Positions 1 to 11,045 of a stretch of DNA of 64,000 nucleotides are shown here, in pieces (within the stretch, counting starts at the first letter, position 1; each line of letters opens with the position of its first letter). The position numbers and the translations under genes were made by a program. The stretch is from an uncultured Hormoscilla sp. Its GTDB lineage: Bacteria > Cyanobacteriota > Cyanobacteriia > Cyanobacteriales > Desertifilaceae. Under the pieces are notes generated by a model that had not been told where the DNA came from, ran no database searches, and worked only from the letters and a program-made list of their open reading frames with translations. The stretch covers positions 800,001-864,000 of the forward strand of contig OZ001293.3 of the NCBI GenBank assembly GCA_963921275.4. Reading direction: 5' to 3'.

Positions 1-828
1 CCTGCTAGACCGGGGCGCGCGCCAGATCAAGATTGTGGGCTACACCATGGGCAGTCACTGGGACCCCACGGATACCTTCCGCGAGATTTTCTATCCGGGT
101 ATGCGGGTGAGTGACCTGGCCAACTTGCTTTGTCTCGACCTGGTATTGATGGTTTCACATTATTTCCGAGAGGTGTTGCTCCATCATGTGGGTGCCTTCA
201 GTACGACAGCAGCAGCGGAACTCGATCGCCGCATCGCCGTCACGGGTTTGCCCATTAACAACGAATTGATGGACCGCGGCTGCACTAGCAGCAAAGCAGA
301 CAAGGTGCAGATTGTCTTCAACCATTCTCCTACACCAGGGAAGCCCCCGAAATTTTCTTCCGCATCATGGAGCAGATATTACCTCACCACGACGTGAGGT
401 TAGTTGTTACCCGTCAGTTTGACGCTGATAGTCCTGGTCAGGAGCAATTGCAGCAACTGCAAGCACGCTATGGCGATCAGGTAATCATCGGGAATACCAT
501 GTCTTTAGCAGATTACTATGAAACCCTGTGGAAATCCCACATCCAGGTCTCGACAGCCGAGCACGAATCCTTCGGCATATCGACCTTAGAGGCAATGTAC
601 ACTCGCAATGCCTGTATCCTGCCCAGTCGCCATAGTTACCCGGAAATCACCGACAATACCAACCTCTATACATCCGAACAAGAACGGCTAGAGATGCTGA
701 CGCACTACATTCAGGACCAACTCTCATGCAGTCAAATGGCCGAAGTCATGCATCAGCAGAGCTGGCGGTACGTTCCCGAGCAGGTCGTAGAACGCATTTC
801 CCAGGCGATCCACGACCTACTCTCCTAA
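1..828 (+). pseudogene. Glycosyltransferase (GT4-like), 5' end outside the window, frameshifted near 345-370
   Basis: Overlapping ORFs 35-397 and 367-828; the second has the GT-B motif ESFGISTLEAM. Confidence 0.6.
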
Positions 829-913
829 CCCCCAAAAGTATGAAACCCAGACCCGCAAGCTGTGTCCCAAGTGCTCTTAGCGCTTCCAGGAGACACTTCA
901 CCGGGGGACACAG

Positions 914-994
914 GGTAGTGGGTAACAAGTAGTGATTTTAGCGCCTGAAACCCTGAGCAGACCGTAGTCAAATCACTACATCTTGACCACTACC
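914..994. mobile_element. 81-bp MITE with IS1-type ends
   Basis: TIRs GGTAGTGG / CCACTACC; 8-bp direct repeat GGACACAG at 906-913 and 995-1002. Confidence 0.8.
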
Positions 995-1198
995 GGACAC
1001 AGAAGGTGCTTGCGGTTTTTGGATCTCCTGGGTTTTGGGGCAAAAATGTATTGTAATATACATTTTTTGCGATCTAAAAGGCTATAATAGTTAATTTTGA
1101 GTGATTGCTTTACTTATCACTCGAAACCCAGGAGACCCGATTTTTGGGGCAGACTTGACAGTAAAGCTAAAATTTGTGTTAAATTATAGATTATGGAG

Positions 1199-1351
1199 AG
1201 TGTGAAGTTCTCACAGAATACGACCTCGTCTAAAAGCTGAAACCCTTGCTGGGGGTAGCTTACAGCCAGTATTAGCCCGCTTATTGCCCATGATCGGTCG
1301 ATCGGACCAAAACCCGCTTATGACAAGCCGTTATCCAAAGAACTTCGCACT
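1199..1351. mobile_element. About 153-bp MITE-like element abutting the truncated intron
   Basis: Inverted ends AGTGTGAAGTTCT / AGAACTTCGCACT (12/13 match); no clear TSD. Confidence 0.55.
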
Positions 1352-2274
1352 GTCCAGATAGATTGAAAGTCTGGTTTGGTTTCATTTGCTAGACAACTCT
1401 GGTTATCATGGGGGTTAAATTCCCTCTCCCCAGGTGTGGGGGGTCGAGAATACTACCGGTCCTTAGTGCTGCGGAGTCACATCGCCGTGGTGCTCCGCTA
1501 GGACTTAAATGTAGGGTAGCTGGCAGCCTAAGCTGGCAACACCGCGCTTGTTAGATGTTCATGGTTAGAACAAGCGAACCTGTGTAAGCCTCGTCACCTA
1601 TAACCAGCGGAATAAGGCTGATACGCTGGCCCAAAAGGGAAATGGTAGTTAGTGTTGGTAATCTGTACTTACTAGCATCGCACTCGAAGAACTCCCGGGG
1701 TATAGCAGGAACCTAAAAGCATCGAGAAATGATACCAGGGAACGAAGTAACCTCTTGTGTGCAGTTCGGCTCAACGGGGCCGAACCAGTTAGATATACGT
1801 CCGCGTAGCGTGCGCGGAGCGCATAGCGCAAGCCACGAGGGGAAGGATGTCCTAAGAAGCAAATGCCCGGGGTAATGCCCGTGGATAAGCTGACGTCGGA
1901 CGGATATGGTAAGAAGCCTTTGGTGAAAGTAGCCCTAATATGTCGCAAAACTTAGGAGAAATCCAAAAGTATGAATATGGACTAGAGTCTCAGCCGGGTA
2001 AAGTTCAGAGCCCCGATAAATCAGGAATGGGGAAATGTTAGTAAAGAGCGGTTAGACCGGTTTGCTGAACTACCCTCCGCGAACCTTCCGGAGCTGAAAT
2101 CATTAACGGTCCAATAGGATTGACCATAAGGGGTAAAATTACAGAGGGTAAGGGGAAACGGGGTGACCTAATTATTGATGATGATATGCCTAAGGACAAG
2201 CCCCAGCGGTGAAAGTCGCAAGTCCGGTTTCGCTCTTGGAGGGTTGGGAAGTGATTCCCAGCTCGACCCCGACC
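1352..2274 (+). mobile_element. ORF-less group II intron, 5'-truncated, degenerate domain V
   Basis: Near-identical over most of its length to 48632-49545; ends CTCGACCCCGACC; GTGCG start missing. Confidence 0.85.
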
Positions 2275-2573
2275 TTGACATATTGGCAAGACGCTAAGTA
2301 GTCAAACTAGGAACTACTTAGGTCCAGGGCCCAGACGAGTACCGGTCTATCCTGTGTGATGGCCAAGCCCAAGCGGCGATAAGAAGCTGCGCATCGCTTA
2401 GCGTGCGCGTAGCGCATAGCTACCTGACTTGCATGAGTAGTTGCTCATACCACAAGTCAATCTTGGTCTGTTTTGTCTAGCTCGCGCTCATGAGCAGCGT
2501 AGTAGTTAGGGCCACGGCGTTGGCGACATAAATGAATCGAGAAAAAGCTATTGGTGTAAGGAGATTAACGTTG

Positions 2574-3677
2574 ATGGAGAAAATTAAGATAGCGATCGCA
2601 GGAATAGGAAACTGTGCGAGTTCATTAATTCAAGGGATTGAATATTACAAGGGGAAAGACTTCTCTGAGGCGATCGGATTGATGCATTGGGAGATCGGCA
2701 GCTATAAGCCCTACGATATGGAAGTTGTCGCTGCCTTTGACATCGATCGCCGCAAAGTTGGGTTCGAGGTGCATGAAGCTATCTTTGCCGAACCAAACTG
2801 CACGGCTGTGTTTTGCTCCGACCTGCCCAAAACTGGAGTGAAAGTAAGTATGGGCAAGGTGCTGGATGGATTCTCGGAGCACATGAAGAATTATGAGGAT
2901 AAATATACCTTCGTCCTCAGCGACGAACCCGAACCGGAGAAAGCAGATATTGTCAAGATATTGAAAGAGTCGGGCACGGAAATCTTGCTCAATTACCTGC
3001 CAGTAGGCTCACAGGAAGCAACGGAGTTCTATGCAGAATGTGCAGTGGATGCGGGAGTAGGATTTATCAATTGCATCCCGGTGTTTATCGCTAGCAATCC
3101 CCTCTGGGCAGAGAAATTCCAACGAAACAACATACCCATCATTGGGGACGACATCAAAGCGCAACTGGGTGCCACAATTACTCACCGCACCCTATCGGAC
3201 TTGTTCAAGAAGCGGGGGGTGAAGGTAGAACGCACCTACCAGATTAATACCGGGGGCAATACTGACTTCATGAATATGCTCAACCGCAGTCGCCTGAACT
3301 CGAAGAAAGAATCCAAAACCGAGGCAGTGCAAGCGGTGATGAGCGCTCACCTGGAAAAGGAGAACATCCATATCGGTCCCAGCGATTACGTGCCCTGGCA
3401 AAAAGATAACAAGGTGGCGTTCATTCGCATGGAGGGCAAACTGTTTGGGGACGTGCCCATGAATCTGGAAATGCGTCTGTCTGTAGAAGATTCACCCAAT
3501 TCGGCGGGAGTCTCGATCGATGCCATCCGCTGCTGCAAGCTAGTCCTCAATGCCAAAAAGGGTGGTATTCTCTATTCACCTTCCGCCTATTTCATGAAGC
3601 ATCCGCCCAAACAGTATACGGATGACGAAGCTTATCGGATGACGGAGAACTTTATTGCTGGCAAGCGTGCCGATTAA
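2574..3677 (+). CDS. ino1: myo-inositol-1-phosphate synthase
   Basis: GIGNCASSLIQG, NYLPVGS, GDDIKAQLGAT, GGNTDF, EDSPNSAG motifs; RBS AAGGAG upstream of ATG 2574. Confidence 0.92.
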   Translation: MEKIKIAIAGIGNCASSLIQGIEYYKGKDFSEAIGLMHWEIGSYKPYDMEVVAAFDIDRRKVGFEVHEAIFAEPNCTAVFCSDLPKTGVKVSMGKVLDGFSEHMKNYEDKYTFVLSDEPEPEKADIVKILKESGTEILLNYLPVGSQEATEFYAECAVDAGVGFINCIPVFIASNPLWAEKFQRNNIPIIGDDIKAQLGATITHRTLSDLFKKRGVKVERTYQINTGGNTDFMNMLNRSRLNSKKESKTEAVQAVMSAHLEKENIHIGPSDYVPWQKDNKVAFIRMEGKLFGDVPMNLEMRLSVEDSPNSAGVSIDAIRCCKLVLNAKKGGILYSPSAYFMKHPPKQYTDDEAYRMTENFIAGKRAD

Positions 3678-3691
3678 GCAGTGATATCCGA

Positions 3692-3706
3692 TTTTTCCGG
3701 AACGGT
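3692..3706 (+). repeat. 15-nt micro-insertion TTTTTCCGGAACGGT after CCGA
   Basis: Identical copies at 7359-7373, 7680-7694, 10672-10686 and 15732-15746 (- strand); variant at 22573-22587. Confidence 0.85.
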
Positions 3707-3838
3707 GGCATCACTGTAGGGTTGAGGCGGGTAATTGTCTCGATATGAAGGAAGTTGTTGCGTGCATTTCGTATTCGCGCAACAACTTCCTATCGATCGG
3801 ATATAGTTGCTCCATTACAAATAATTTACAAAAGTATT

Positions 3839-4520
3839 ATGTCGGACTTACGCTTAAATCTGGGCTGTGGTGCAAAACATCTAGAGGGCTACATCAATGT
3901 GGACAAGTTTGAAAATCCCGACATCAGATTAGACTTGGAGACATTCCCTTGGCCGTGGGAAGACAATAGTGCGATCGAAATTGAACTGTCTCACGTACTG
4001 GAACATCTCGGACAGTAGACAGAAGTCTATCTGAAAATCATCCAGGAGATATATCGGATCTGTAAAGCAGGGGCAAAGGTGCATGTGAGAGTCCCCCACC
4101 ATCGCCACGATGATTTACTCCACGATCCGACCCACGTGCGGGCAATCACTCCCTTTAGTTTGAGCATGTTTTCCCAAAAACTGAACCAAGAGTGGCAAGC
4201 AAACGGAGATGCTACTACGCCACTGGGTCTAGATCTGGGTGTTAACTTCGATTTGGTGGAGACTATCTATATCCCTAGCGAACTTTGGTACTCTCGGGAA
4301 GGCGATCGGGCTGATGATACAGATTATCTCCTGGAACAGAGTACACTGTACAATAACCGGCGTTGCACAATCACGGGATGATGGGTCTCTTTGCATAAGT
4401 CTTAAACGTATACTATAAGCCACTTTTAGTTATGTGCAAACAATGGCATCATCCCCAAAATGTGCAACGCCCAATAACCTAATCAGAGAGATGGACATGA
4501 CCCTAGTGGCAGTCAAGTAA
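3839..4520 (+). pseudogene. SAM-dependent methyltransferase-like protein with nonsense codon (TAG 4016-4018) and MITE insertion
   Basis: LNLGCG and SHVLEHL motifs; removing the MITE restores YNNLIREMDMTLVAVK*. Confidence 0.8.
4359..4471. mobile_element. 113-bp MITE
   Basis: TIRs GGCGTTGCACA / TGTGCAACGCC; 8-bp TSD CAATAACC at 4351-4358 and 4472-4479. Confidence 0.9.
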
Positions 4521-4576
4521 CAGTGGTAAGTTGTAAGTGGTCAGTTGTTAATTGTCAGTTGTGCAACAGCAATCAA

Positions 4577-4792
4577 CCGTTGCACATTTTTGAGATGATT
4601 CCATTTTTGTACAATGGAGGTCGTAAATCTGGTAAGTTTAGATTTAGCGTCGCTACCGCATTATGGTATTAGTCGGTTAAAACCGACTAATACCGAGTTA
4701 CCTGGGTACCGCCTGGTAACGCGGGGGTTTGCAACCCCCGGCGGGATGACAGCGAAGTGAGTATTCCGATCGTCCCATCATTATGCAACGCC
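4577..4792. mobile_element. Second, inverted member of the same MITE family, containing strong hairpins
   Basis: Ends CGTTGCACATTTTTGAGATGATTCC and CATCATTATGCAACGCC mirror the ends of 4359-4471. Confidence 0.6.
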
Positions 4793-4825
4793 CAACCATG
4801 AACCATGAACAATGAACCGTAAAAG

Positions 4826-6178
4826 ATGAACCAACAAACAAATAAAATAGACGCTCGAAGTCTGAAGCTTGCCCTGTCAGGACTGGAAATGATTACAGAC
4901 CCCACTCAGGTGGCTAAGTTATCCCAAGATTACCATACATTTAGCCCAGTTCTCCAACCCCTGCTGTCACCGAAAACGGGGGATATTGTCATTCGTCCTG
5001 CTAACGAAGCGGAAGTCTTGCGCGTTGCTGCTGCATGTGTAAAACATCAAGTCCCCCTAACGGTACGGGGGGCGGGAACGGGAAATTATGGACAATGCGT
5101 TCCCCTCCATGGCGGCGCGATCTTGGAGATGACGCGGATGCAGGAAATCAAAGAAATGAAACCAGGATGGGCCCGGGTGGAACCGGGAGTGAAACTGGCC
5201 CAACTGGATAAGCAAACTCGGTCAATTGGTTGGGAAATTCGCATGGCCCCCTCAACCTATCGTACCGCCACGATCGGGGGATTTATTGGTGGGGGTAGCT
5301 ATGGTCTTGGTTCGATTACTTATGGAGGACTGCGCGATCGGGGTAATCTGTTAGCAGTGCGCATCGTCTCCCTGGAAGAGGAACCCCGGGTTATCGAACT
5401 GCGGGGAGATGATGTCCAGAAAGTGAATCACGCTTACGGTACAAATGGCATTATCACCGAGTTGGAAATTCCCCTCGCCCCTGCTTATCCTTGGGTAGAG
5501 GCGATCGCCACCTTTAGCGATTTTATGGCAGCAGCAAAATTTGGGCAAGCATTAGGGGATGCCGATGGGATAATCAAGAAACTAATCAGCATTCATGCCT
5601 GGCCCATTCCCAAATATTTTACAGCCTTAAGCGAATATATTCCTGAAGGTACCCATGCCGCCTTACTAATGGTAGCAGAATCTGGATTAGAACCCTTGCA
5701 AAAGTTAGTGGGCGAATTTGGCGGTCAGATTACTTATGAAAAAGCAGCAGCATCAGCTGAAAAAGGAGTAAACCTAGGAGAATTTACCTGGAATCATACC
5801 ACATTACATGCCCGGACTGTAGATCCTTCCCTAACATATTTACAGAGTGGATTTCCTGCAGATCGAAATCTCCAGATGATGGAACACATGTATCGCTACT
5901 TTGGAGATGAAGTGATGATGCACTTAGAATTTATGCGGGTGAATAGTCAAGCAGTTCCCATCGGGTTACAAGTAGTGCGGTTTACCACGGAGTCCCGCCT
6001 GAACGAGATTATTCGCTATCACGAAGCACAGGGAGTGTTTATAGCTAATCCCCACACTTATATCTTAGAGGATGGGGGCAGAAAAGAGATAGATCCAGTC
6101 CAGTTCGAGTTTAAGAAACAGGTCGATCCCTACGGACTGCTGAATCCTGGTAAAATGCGGGCATGGGATTTACAGTAG
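4826..6178 (+). CDS. FAD-binding oxidoreductase (GlcD/FAD_binding_4 family)
   Basis: RGAGTGNYGQ, ATIGGFIGGG and C-terminal DPYGLLNPGK motifs. Confidence 0.9.
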   Translation: MNQQTNKIDARSLKLALSGLEMITDPTQVAKLSQDYHTFSPVLQPLLSPKTGDIVIRPANEAEVLRVAAACVKHQVPLTVRGAGTGNYGQCVPLHGGAILEMTRMQEIKEMKPGWARVEPGVKLAQLDKQTRSIGWEIRMAPSTYRTATIGGFIGGGSYGLGSITYGGLRDRGNLLAVRIVSLEEEPRVIELRGDDVQKVNHAYGTNGIITELEIPLAPAYPWVEAIATFSDFMAAAKFGQALGDADGIIKKLISIHAWPIPKYFTALSEYIPEGTHAALLMVAESGLEPLQKLVGEFGGQITYEKAAASAEKGVNLGEFTWNHTTLHARTVDPSLTYLQSGFPADRNLQMMEHMYRYFGDEVMMHLEFMRVNSQAVPIGLQVVRFTTESRLNEIIRYHEAQGVFIANPHTYILEDGGRKEIDPVQFEFKKQVDPYGLLNPGKMRAWDLQ

Positions 6179-6274
6179 GGCACCGGAGATATCCGCCAGT
6201 CGAGTTTTGGGAGGCGATCGCAAAAATGCTATAATCCACAACCTACCTTCGAACGCTAAATAAATTACTTTTTT

Positions 6275-6709
6275 ATGCCAGCTAGAGACACTTATCACGC
6301 TAATTTAATTAACGCTCTGGTAAAAGATGACTGGAGGATAACGGAGGATCCATTTATTATGCGCTGGGGATCGAGAGATTTGTATGTAGATATAGGTGCT
6401 AGTTTACTTATCGCTGCCGAAAAAGCAGAAATAAAAATAGCAGTAGAATTGAAAAGTTTTAAAGGTTATTCTCCCATGAATGACCTATAAAATGCAGTCG
6501 GTCAGTATATCGTCTATAACGATGTACTCGAAAAAATAGATCCTGATAGGGTTCTCTATTTGGCAGTGGATATCGATACTTTTGATGGCATATTTAGCGA
6601 ACCAATAGGTCAACTCATACTGGATAATGACCGCTTAAATATAATAGTTTTTAACCGAAATGAGGAGGTAATTGTAGAATGTATTCCACCGCTGAATATC
6701 AACAATTGA
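6275..6709 (+). pseudogene. xisH: XisH-family protein, in-frame TAA at 6488-6490
   Basis: MPARDTYH..ALVKDDWRITEDP, KIAVELKSF; frame continues AVGQYIVY..RVLYLAV after the stop. Confidence 0.85.
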
Positions 6710-7014
6710 TCGAAAATATTATCGGCGAATATGCTCAATTGCGCTACTCTCACGGGGAAGTAGAGAGACAACCAGTGTTCGACCGAGAAAATCACCAATA
6801 TTTATTAATGCTTGTGGGAATGGATGGTCGTAAAATGGTTCACGGCTGCTTAATTCATTTCGCGATCGTAGATGATAAAATTTGGATTCATAGGGACGGA
6901 ACAGAAGATGGTGTAGCAGGAGATTTGTTAGCAGCAGGGGTGCCCAAAGAGCGCATAGTCTTAGGATGTTATCACCCAGACACGCGCAAGATTACCGATT
7001 TTGCTGTTTGCTGA
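6679..7014 (+). CDS. xisI: XisI-family protein
   Basis: KIWIHRDGTEDGVAGDLLAAGVPKERIVLG; adjacent to xisH. Confidence 0.9.
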   Translation: MYSTAEYQQLIENIIGEYAQLRYSHGEVERQPVFDRENHQYLLMLVGMDGRKMVHGCLIHFAIVDDKIWIHRDGTEDGVAGDLLAAGVPKERIVLGCYHPDTRKITDFAVC

Positions 7015-7120
7015 TTTCAGGGGCGATCGGGCGGCGAGTGGTACTCTATTTTTGCGCTTGTCCCTGATTATGCTATTATAGGGGCGATCGCCTCTATGTT
7101 CGGAGAAAGGAAGGTAAATT

Positions 7121-7710
7121 ATGACGACAGCAACAAAATACGCTTGTGGACTGTAGAGGAATATCATCGGATGATCTCCAGTGGTATTCTTACCCGTGAC
7201 TCCTATGTAGAATTGTTAGAAGGTCGGATTGTAGAAATGAGCCGGAAAGGTCTACTCCATGCAGGTACTACCCAACGCGCTTCCGATTATATCAAAGCTC
7301 GATGACACGATCAAGCTCATGTCAGGATGCAATTGCCCGTTACTTTACCAACTTCCGATTTTTCCGGAACGGTACCGGAACCCGATGTGGCCGTAGTTAG
7401 GATCGATCGGGGTGCCTATGGAGATCATCATCCTACGCCAGACGAAATATTTCTGCTCGTAGAAGTCGCCGATACAACCCTAAGAATCGATCGCCTGGAG
7501 AAAGCGCCCCTCTACGCCAGGGCAAATATTCCAGAATACTGGATTTTAGATGTGAGCGATCGCCAAGCCTATATTTTCCGCGATCGAACTTCCGTTGGCT
7601 ATAGATCGTCTTTTGTTTTGCCAGATAATGCCGCTATTGCACTAAGAGCATTTCCAACAATAGAAATATCCCTATCCGATTTTTCCGGAACGGTGCTTTT
7701 TCTGCCGTAG
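7121..7710 (+). pseudogene. Uma2-family endonuclease with frameshift, TGA and two 15-nt inserts
   Basis: WTVEEYHRM, PEPDVAVV, LLVEVADTT, YARANIPEYWILD motifs. Confidence 0.85.
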
Positions 7711-8090
7711 TGGGTGCATCCTTCTGCCAAGCAAATATCGCTCATAAAAAAATAAAGTGATCGCACTGTTTGCAGTAAACACTTTAGTGTTTACCCGGTA
7801 ACAATATAAATTTGTAGTGCTAATTTATTCTGTGCGATTGGTTTTAAATTTGGGAGGCAAATAGAACATAATCCAGGGGAAAAGCATCCTATAGTTGAAA
7901 TATTTTGGCAGTATTAGTTATAGAATTTGATAAGGATGAATAATAGCTTATACCAAAACTGCAAGCCATGTTGCGCATGTTAAAAACAAGATGAATTTGG
8001 GAAATTACCTCGCAATCGCCGCATTATCACGCGATCGCTCCAAGCAGGAAACCGGGTCCGATTGGGAAAGAGAAAATGCAGGTATATGAT

Positions 8091-8539
8091 TTACAGTATG
8101 GCACCATAAACTGGCGCATACAGCTTCACATATTCATCATTTATTGAGATATCTGAGTTTAATAATTCTGCAATCTTCCTAACCTGAAGGTCTTGGTATA
8201 GCAGAATTTCTTGATATAAAACTCTGGCAGATTCATCATTGCAGATGCGGTAATGGAGGATCTTTGTCCATTCTGGGGCCCGCGCCATCAACTCAGGCAA
8301 AACCTTGACAAAAGCGAGCAATTGTGCTTTCATATCAAAGATTCCAGAAAATGGATCAAATCCCACATCACTTCCTGCTGCTGACAGCGATCGTCTAAAA
8401 CTAGATGCAACTTAGGTAAGCAGCGGTTTTCGGGATTTTGAGCGAGTTTAGTTAAGACATTCTCAAACGCAGCGATTTCAGAAGGCGATCGCATCAATCG
8501 ATTTGCCTGTAATATGTCAATCATTTTATCCGCATTCAT
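8091..8539 (-). pseudogene. Imm30-like immunity protein, frameshifted
   Basis: Two overlapping ORFs (NRLMRS..FENVL..LDD..EVMWDLIHFLE; APEWTKILHYRI). Confidence 0.55.
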
Positions 8540-8551
8540 TGCGAACCAATC

Positions 8552-9487
8552 TTACTCGCGCGACACTGGCACATCATAAGTAAAGAAATCATAAGCCATT
8601 TTCGTGTGGGGGAAAATCGCCCGCGCTTCTTCGAGCAAATTATCCAGCCCGATCGCATTTCCCGGAGCGTAGCGGGGGCTAAAATGAGTCATAATCAACT
8701 GCTTCACCTGGGCTAGATGGGCCACTTGTGCCGCCATTGTACTTGTAGAATGGAGGCGATCGTAAGCCATTTGAGCATCAAGATGAGCAAAAGTCGCCTC
8801 GTGAACCAATACATCTGCCTGTTGGGCCAACTCCACCGCCCGATCGCAGAAGATGGTATCGGTACAATAGACAAACTTGCGCCCCGGTTGAGTCGGACCG
8901 CACAAAGAAGCACCATTAATCTGGCGACCATCTGGCAGTTCTACCCACTCGCCCCGCTTCAACTGACCGTAGACCGGACCCGAGGGAATGCCTAAAGCCC
9001 GAGCTTTTTCCACATTAAAGCGTCCCGGTCGGTCTTTTTCCGCGATCCGATAACCAAAGGCGGGCACCCGATGGTGCAAAGGACCGCAGCTAACCGTAAA
9101 TTCTTCATTCTCAAATATCACTCCCGGCTCCACCGCGTGGACCTTCAGGGGATAAGATAAATGAGTTTGGGAGTAGTGCAGACAAGCTTGTAGATACTCA
9201 TTCAGCTTCGGCGGACCGTAGATATCAATCCGTTCTATATTACCCGCCAAGCCGCAACTGGCCAACAGACCCATCAAGCCGAAAATATGGTCGCCGTGCA
9301 TGTGGGTGATAAATATCCGTCGCAACTGACTGACTCTCAGGTCGCTGCGCAGGAACTGGTGCTGAGTTCCTTCCCCGCAATCAAACAGCCAGACCTCTGC
9401 CTTTTGGGGTAACCGTAAGGCAATCGCCGACACGTTGCGCGATCGGGTGGGTACGCCGGAGCTTGTTCCTAGGAATGTAATCTGCAA
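8552..9487 (-). CDS. rnz: Ribonuclease Z
   Basis: [36 protein letters not shown] motifs. Confidence 0.96.
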   Translation of the reverse strand: MQITFLGTSSGVPTRSRNVSAIALRLPQKAEVWLFDCGEGTQHQFLRSDLRVSQLRRIFITHMHGDHIFGLMGLLASCGLAGNIERIDIYGPPKLNEYLQACLHYSQTHLSYPLKVHAVEPGVIFENEEFTVSCGPLHHRVPAFGYRIAEKDRPGRFNVEKARALGIPSGPVYGQLKRGEWVELPDGRQINGASLCGPTQPGRKFVYCTDTIFCDRAVELAQQADVLVHEATFAHLDAQMAYDRLHSTSTMAAQVAHLAQVKQLIMTHFSPRYAPGNAIGLDNLLEEARAIFPHTKMAYDFFTYDVPVSRE

Positions 9488-9664
9488 AACGCTTTTATAT
9501 CTATAATAGAGAGTTGATGTTAGTTCTGAGATGATTGTATCATATTAACCCGAAATCTCCATGGCAAAATCAAGAAACCTGGTTTTTTGCTCATACCGGG
9601 TTAGAGGGCTACGGCGGTCAGAAACCACTGCAGCGAACGGGCCGTCTCAGTTTCTCCGGTTAGA

Positions 9665-10858
9665 GTGAGGGGAAAAACACAGATGATATTCCGACGATAC
9701 TTCCTGTTTGCCCAGCTAAGAAAACACTGGTGGGTGACTCTGCTATTGTGGATAGCGATGTTCAACCCAGCGCTAGCAGCTGCTTTAGAACTGCGAGTCG
9801 CAATAGAAGAAGAAGTCAAGCAAGTGCAAGTGGGCAGTTCCTCGGCGGCCACAGTCAAGAATAGTGCTGGGGAAACCCTCGGAGAACTGAGGGCGATGTC
9901 GGGGTTTGTCGCTCAACATCAGGATAGCACTGTTGCCCTGTCCAAATGGCAAGCTGGTCAAATTTGGATTGAACCCGCAGATAATGGTTTAGTCTGGATC
10001 GGCGATCGCTGGTATCGAGGGCGCGTCCTCCTAGTCCCCAGCGAGTCAGGACTCACTGCTGTCAACTACGTAGACATCGAACATTATCTGTACAGCGTCT
10101 TAGGAGGGGAAATGCCTCCCAGCTGGCCCCTGGAAGCCCTGAAAGCCCAAGCAGTGGCCGCCCGTTCCTACGCCTTGTATCAGCGGGGGAAAACTGCCAA
10201 TAAAATCTACGATCTCGGCGATACCACCGCTTGGCAAGTTTACCAAGGGGTCGAAGATGAATATATCAGCACCCAACAAGCCGTAAATGCCACAGCTGAT
10301 CAAGTTCTCATCCACGATGGTAAGATTATCGAAGCCGTTTTCCACTCCTCCTCAGGAGGGCACACGGAAAACGTGGAAGATATCTGGACAGCGTCCCTAC
10401 CCTATTTGCGAGCAGTCCCCGACTTCGATCAGAATGCACCCGTGTTCGAGTGGAAAAAAACCTTTTCGGGCGATATTCTCAGCAGTTTAATTAGCAGTGT
10501 AGGTAATATTTTATCCCTAACTCCAGAGCGTACCACACCTCACGGACGGATTACCACCATGAAAGTTATCGGTGATAAAGGGGAGAAAGTCGTCACTGGC
10601 AAGGAACTGCGTAAACTGCTAAGCCTGAAAAGCACTTTATTTACTATCAGTCCCCTTGGGGAAAGTGCCGATTTTTCCGGAACGGTGGATGAAAATTCAC
10701 CTCCAAGCAGTTTCCAAGTAGTCGGTCGCGGTTTCGGACATGGACTGGGCCTGTCTCAGTATGGCGCTAATGCCTTAGCTCGACGGGGATACAACTACCA
10801 GCAGATTTTACTGCATTACTATACCAAAACATCTCTTGCTCGCATTGAAGTCGAGTAA
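9665..10858 (+). CDS. SpoIID/LytB-domain protein with an in-frame 15-nt insert
   Basis: EALKAQAVAARSYA, FHSSSGGHTE, GFGHGLGLSQYGA motifs. Confidence 0.92.
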   Translation: MRGKTQMIFRRYFLFAQLRKHWWVTLLLWIAMFNPALAAALELRVAIEEEVKQVQVGSSSAATVKNSAGETLGELRAMSGFVAQHQDSTVALSKWQAGQIWIEPADNGLVWIGDRWYRGRVLLVPSESGLTAVNYVDIEHYLYSVLGGEMPPSWPLEALKAQAVAARSYALYQRGKTANKIYDLGDTTAWQVYQGVEDEYISTQQAVNATADQVLIHDGKIIEAVFHSSSGGHTENVEDIWTASLPYLRAVPDFDQNAPVFEWKKTFSGDILSSLISSVGNILSLTPERTTPHGRITTMKVIGDKGEKVVTGKELRKLLSLKSTLFTISPLGESADFSGTVDENSPPSSFQVVGRGFGHGLGLSQYGANALARRGYNYQQILLHYYTKTSLARIEVE

Positions 10859-10915
10859 TTGAGCAATTGAGCAATTGAGCAATTGAGCAATTGAAAATTG
10901 TTGAATTGAGAATTG
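10857..10915. repeat. Short tandem repeats (AATTGAGC)n, STRR-type
   Basis: Four perfect copies then decay; similar 7-mer arrays near 4520-4560, 4795-4820 and 21514-21556. Confidence 0.8.
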
Positions 10916-11045
10916 ATTCTTCCCTCGTTCCCAGGGTCTCCCTGGATGCATGCGCGGTTGAGCACTGTGCCGCAGGGAGACGCTGGGAACGAGGCCAATT
11001 TTTGATTCTTTATTCATGTCAATTAACAATTGCTCAATTTACTAT

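Noticed and set aside
4665..4780. Riboswitch upstream of the FAD oxidoreductase
   Set aside because: No aptamer consensus recognised and the hairpins lie within a probable MITE; kept only as a low-interest finding
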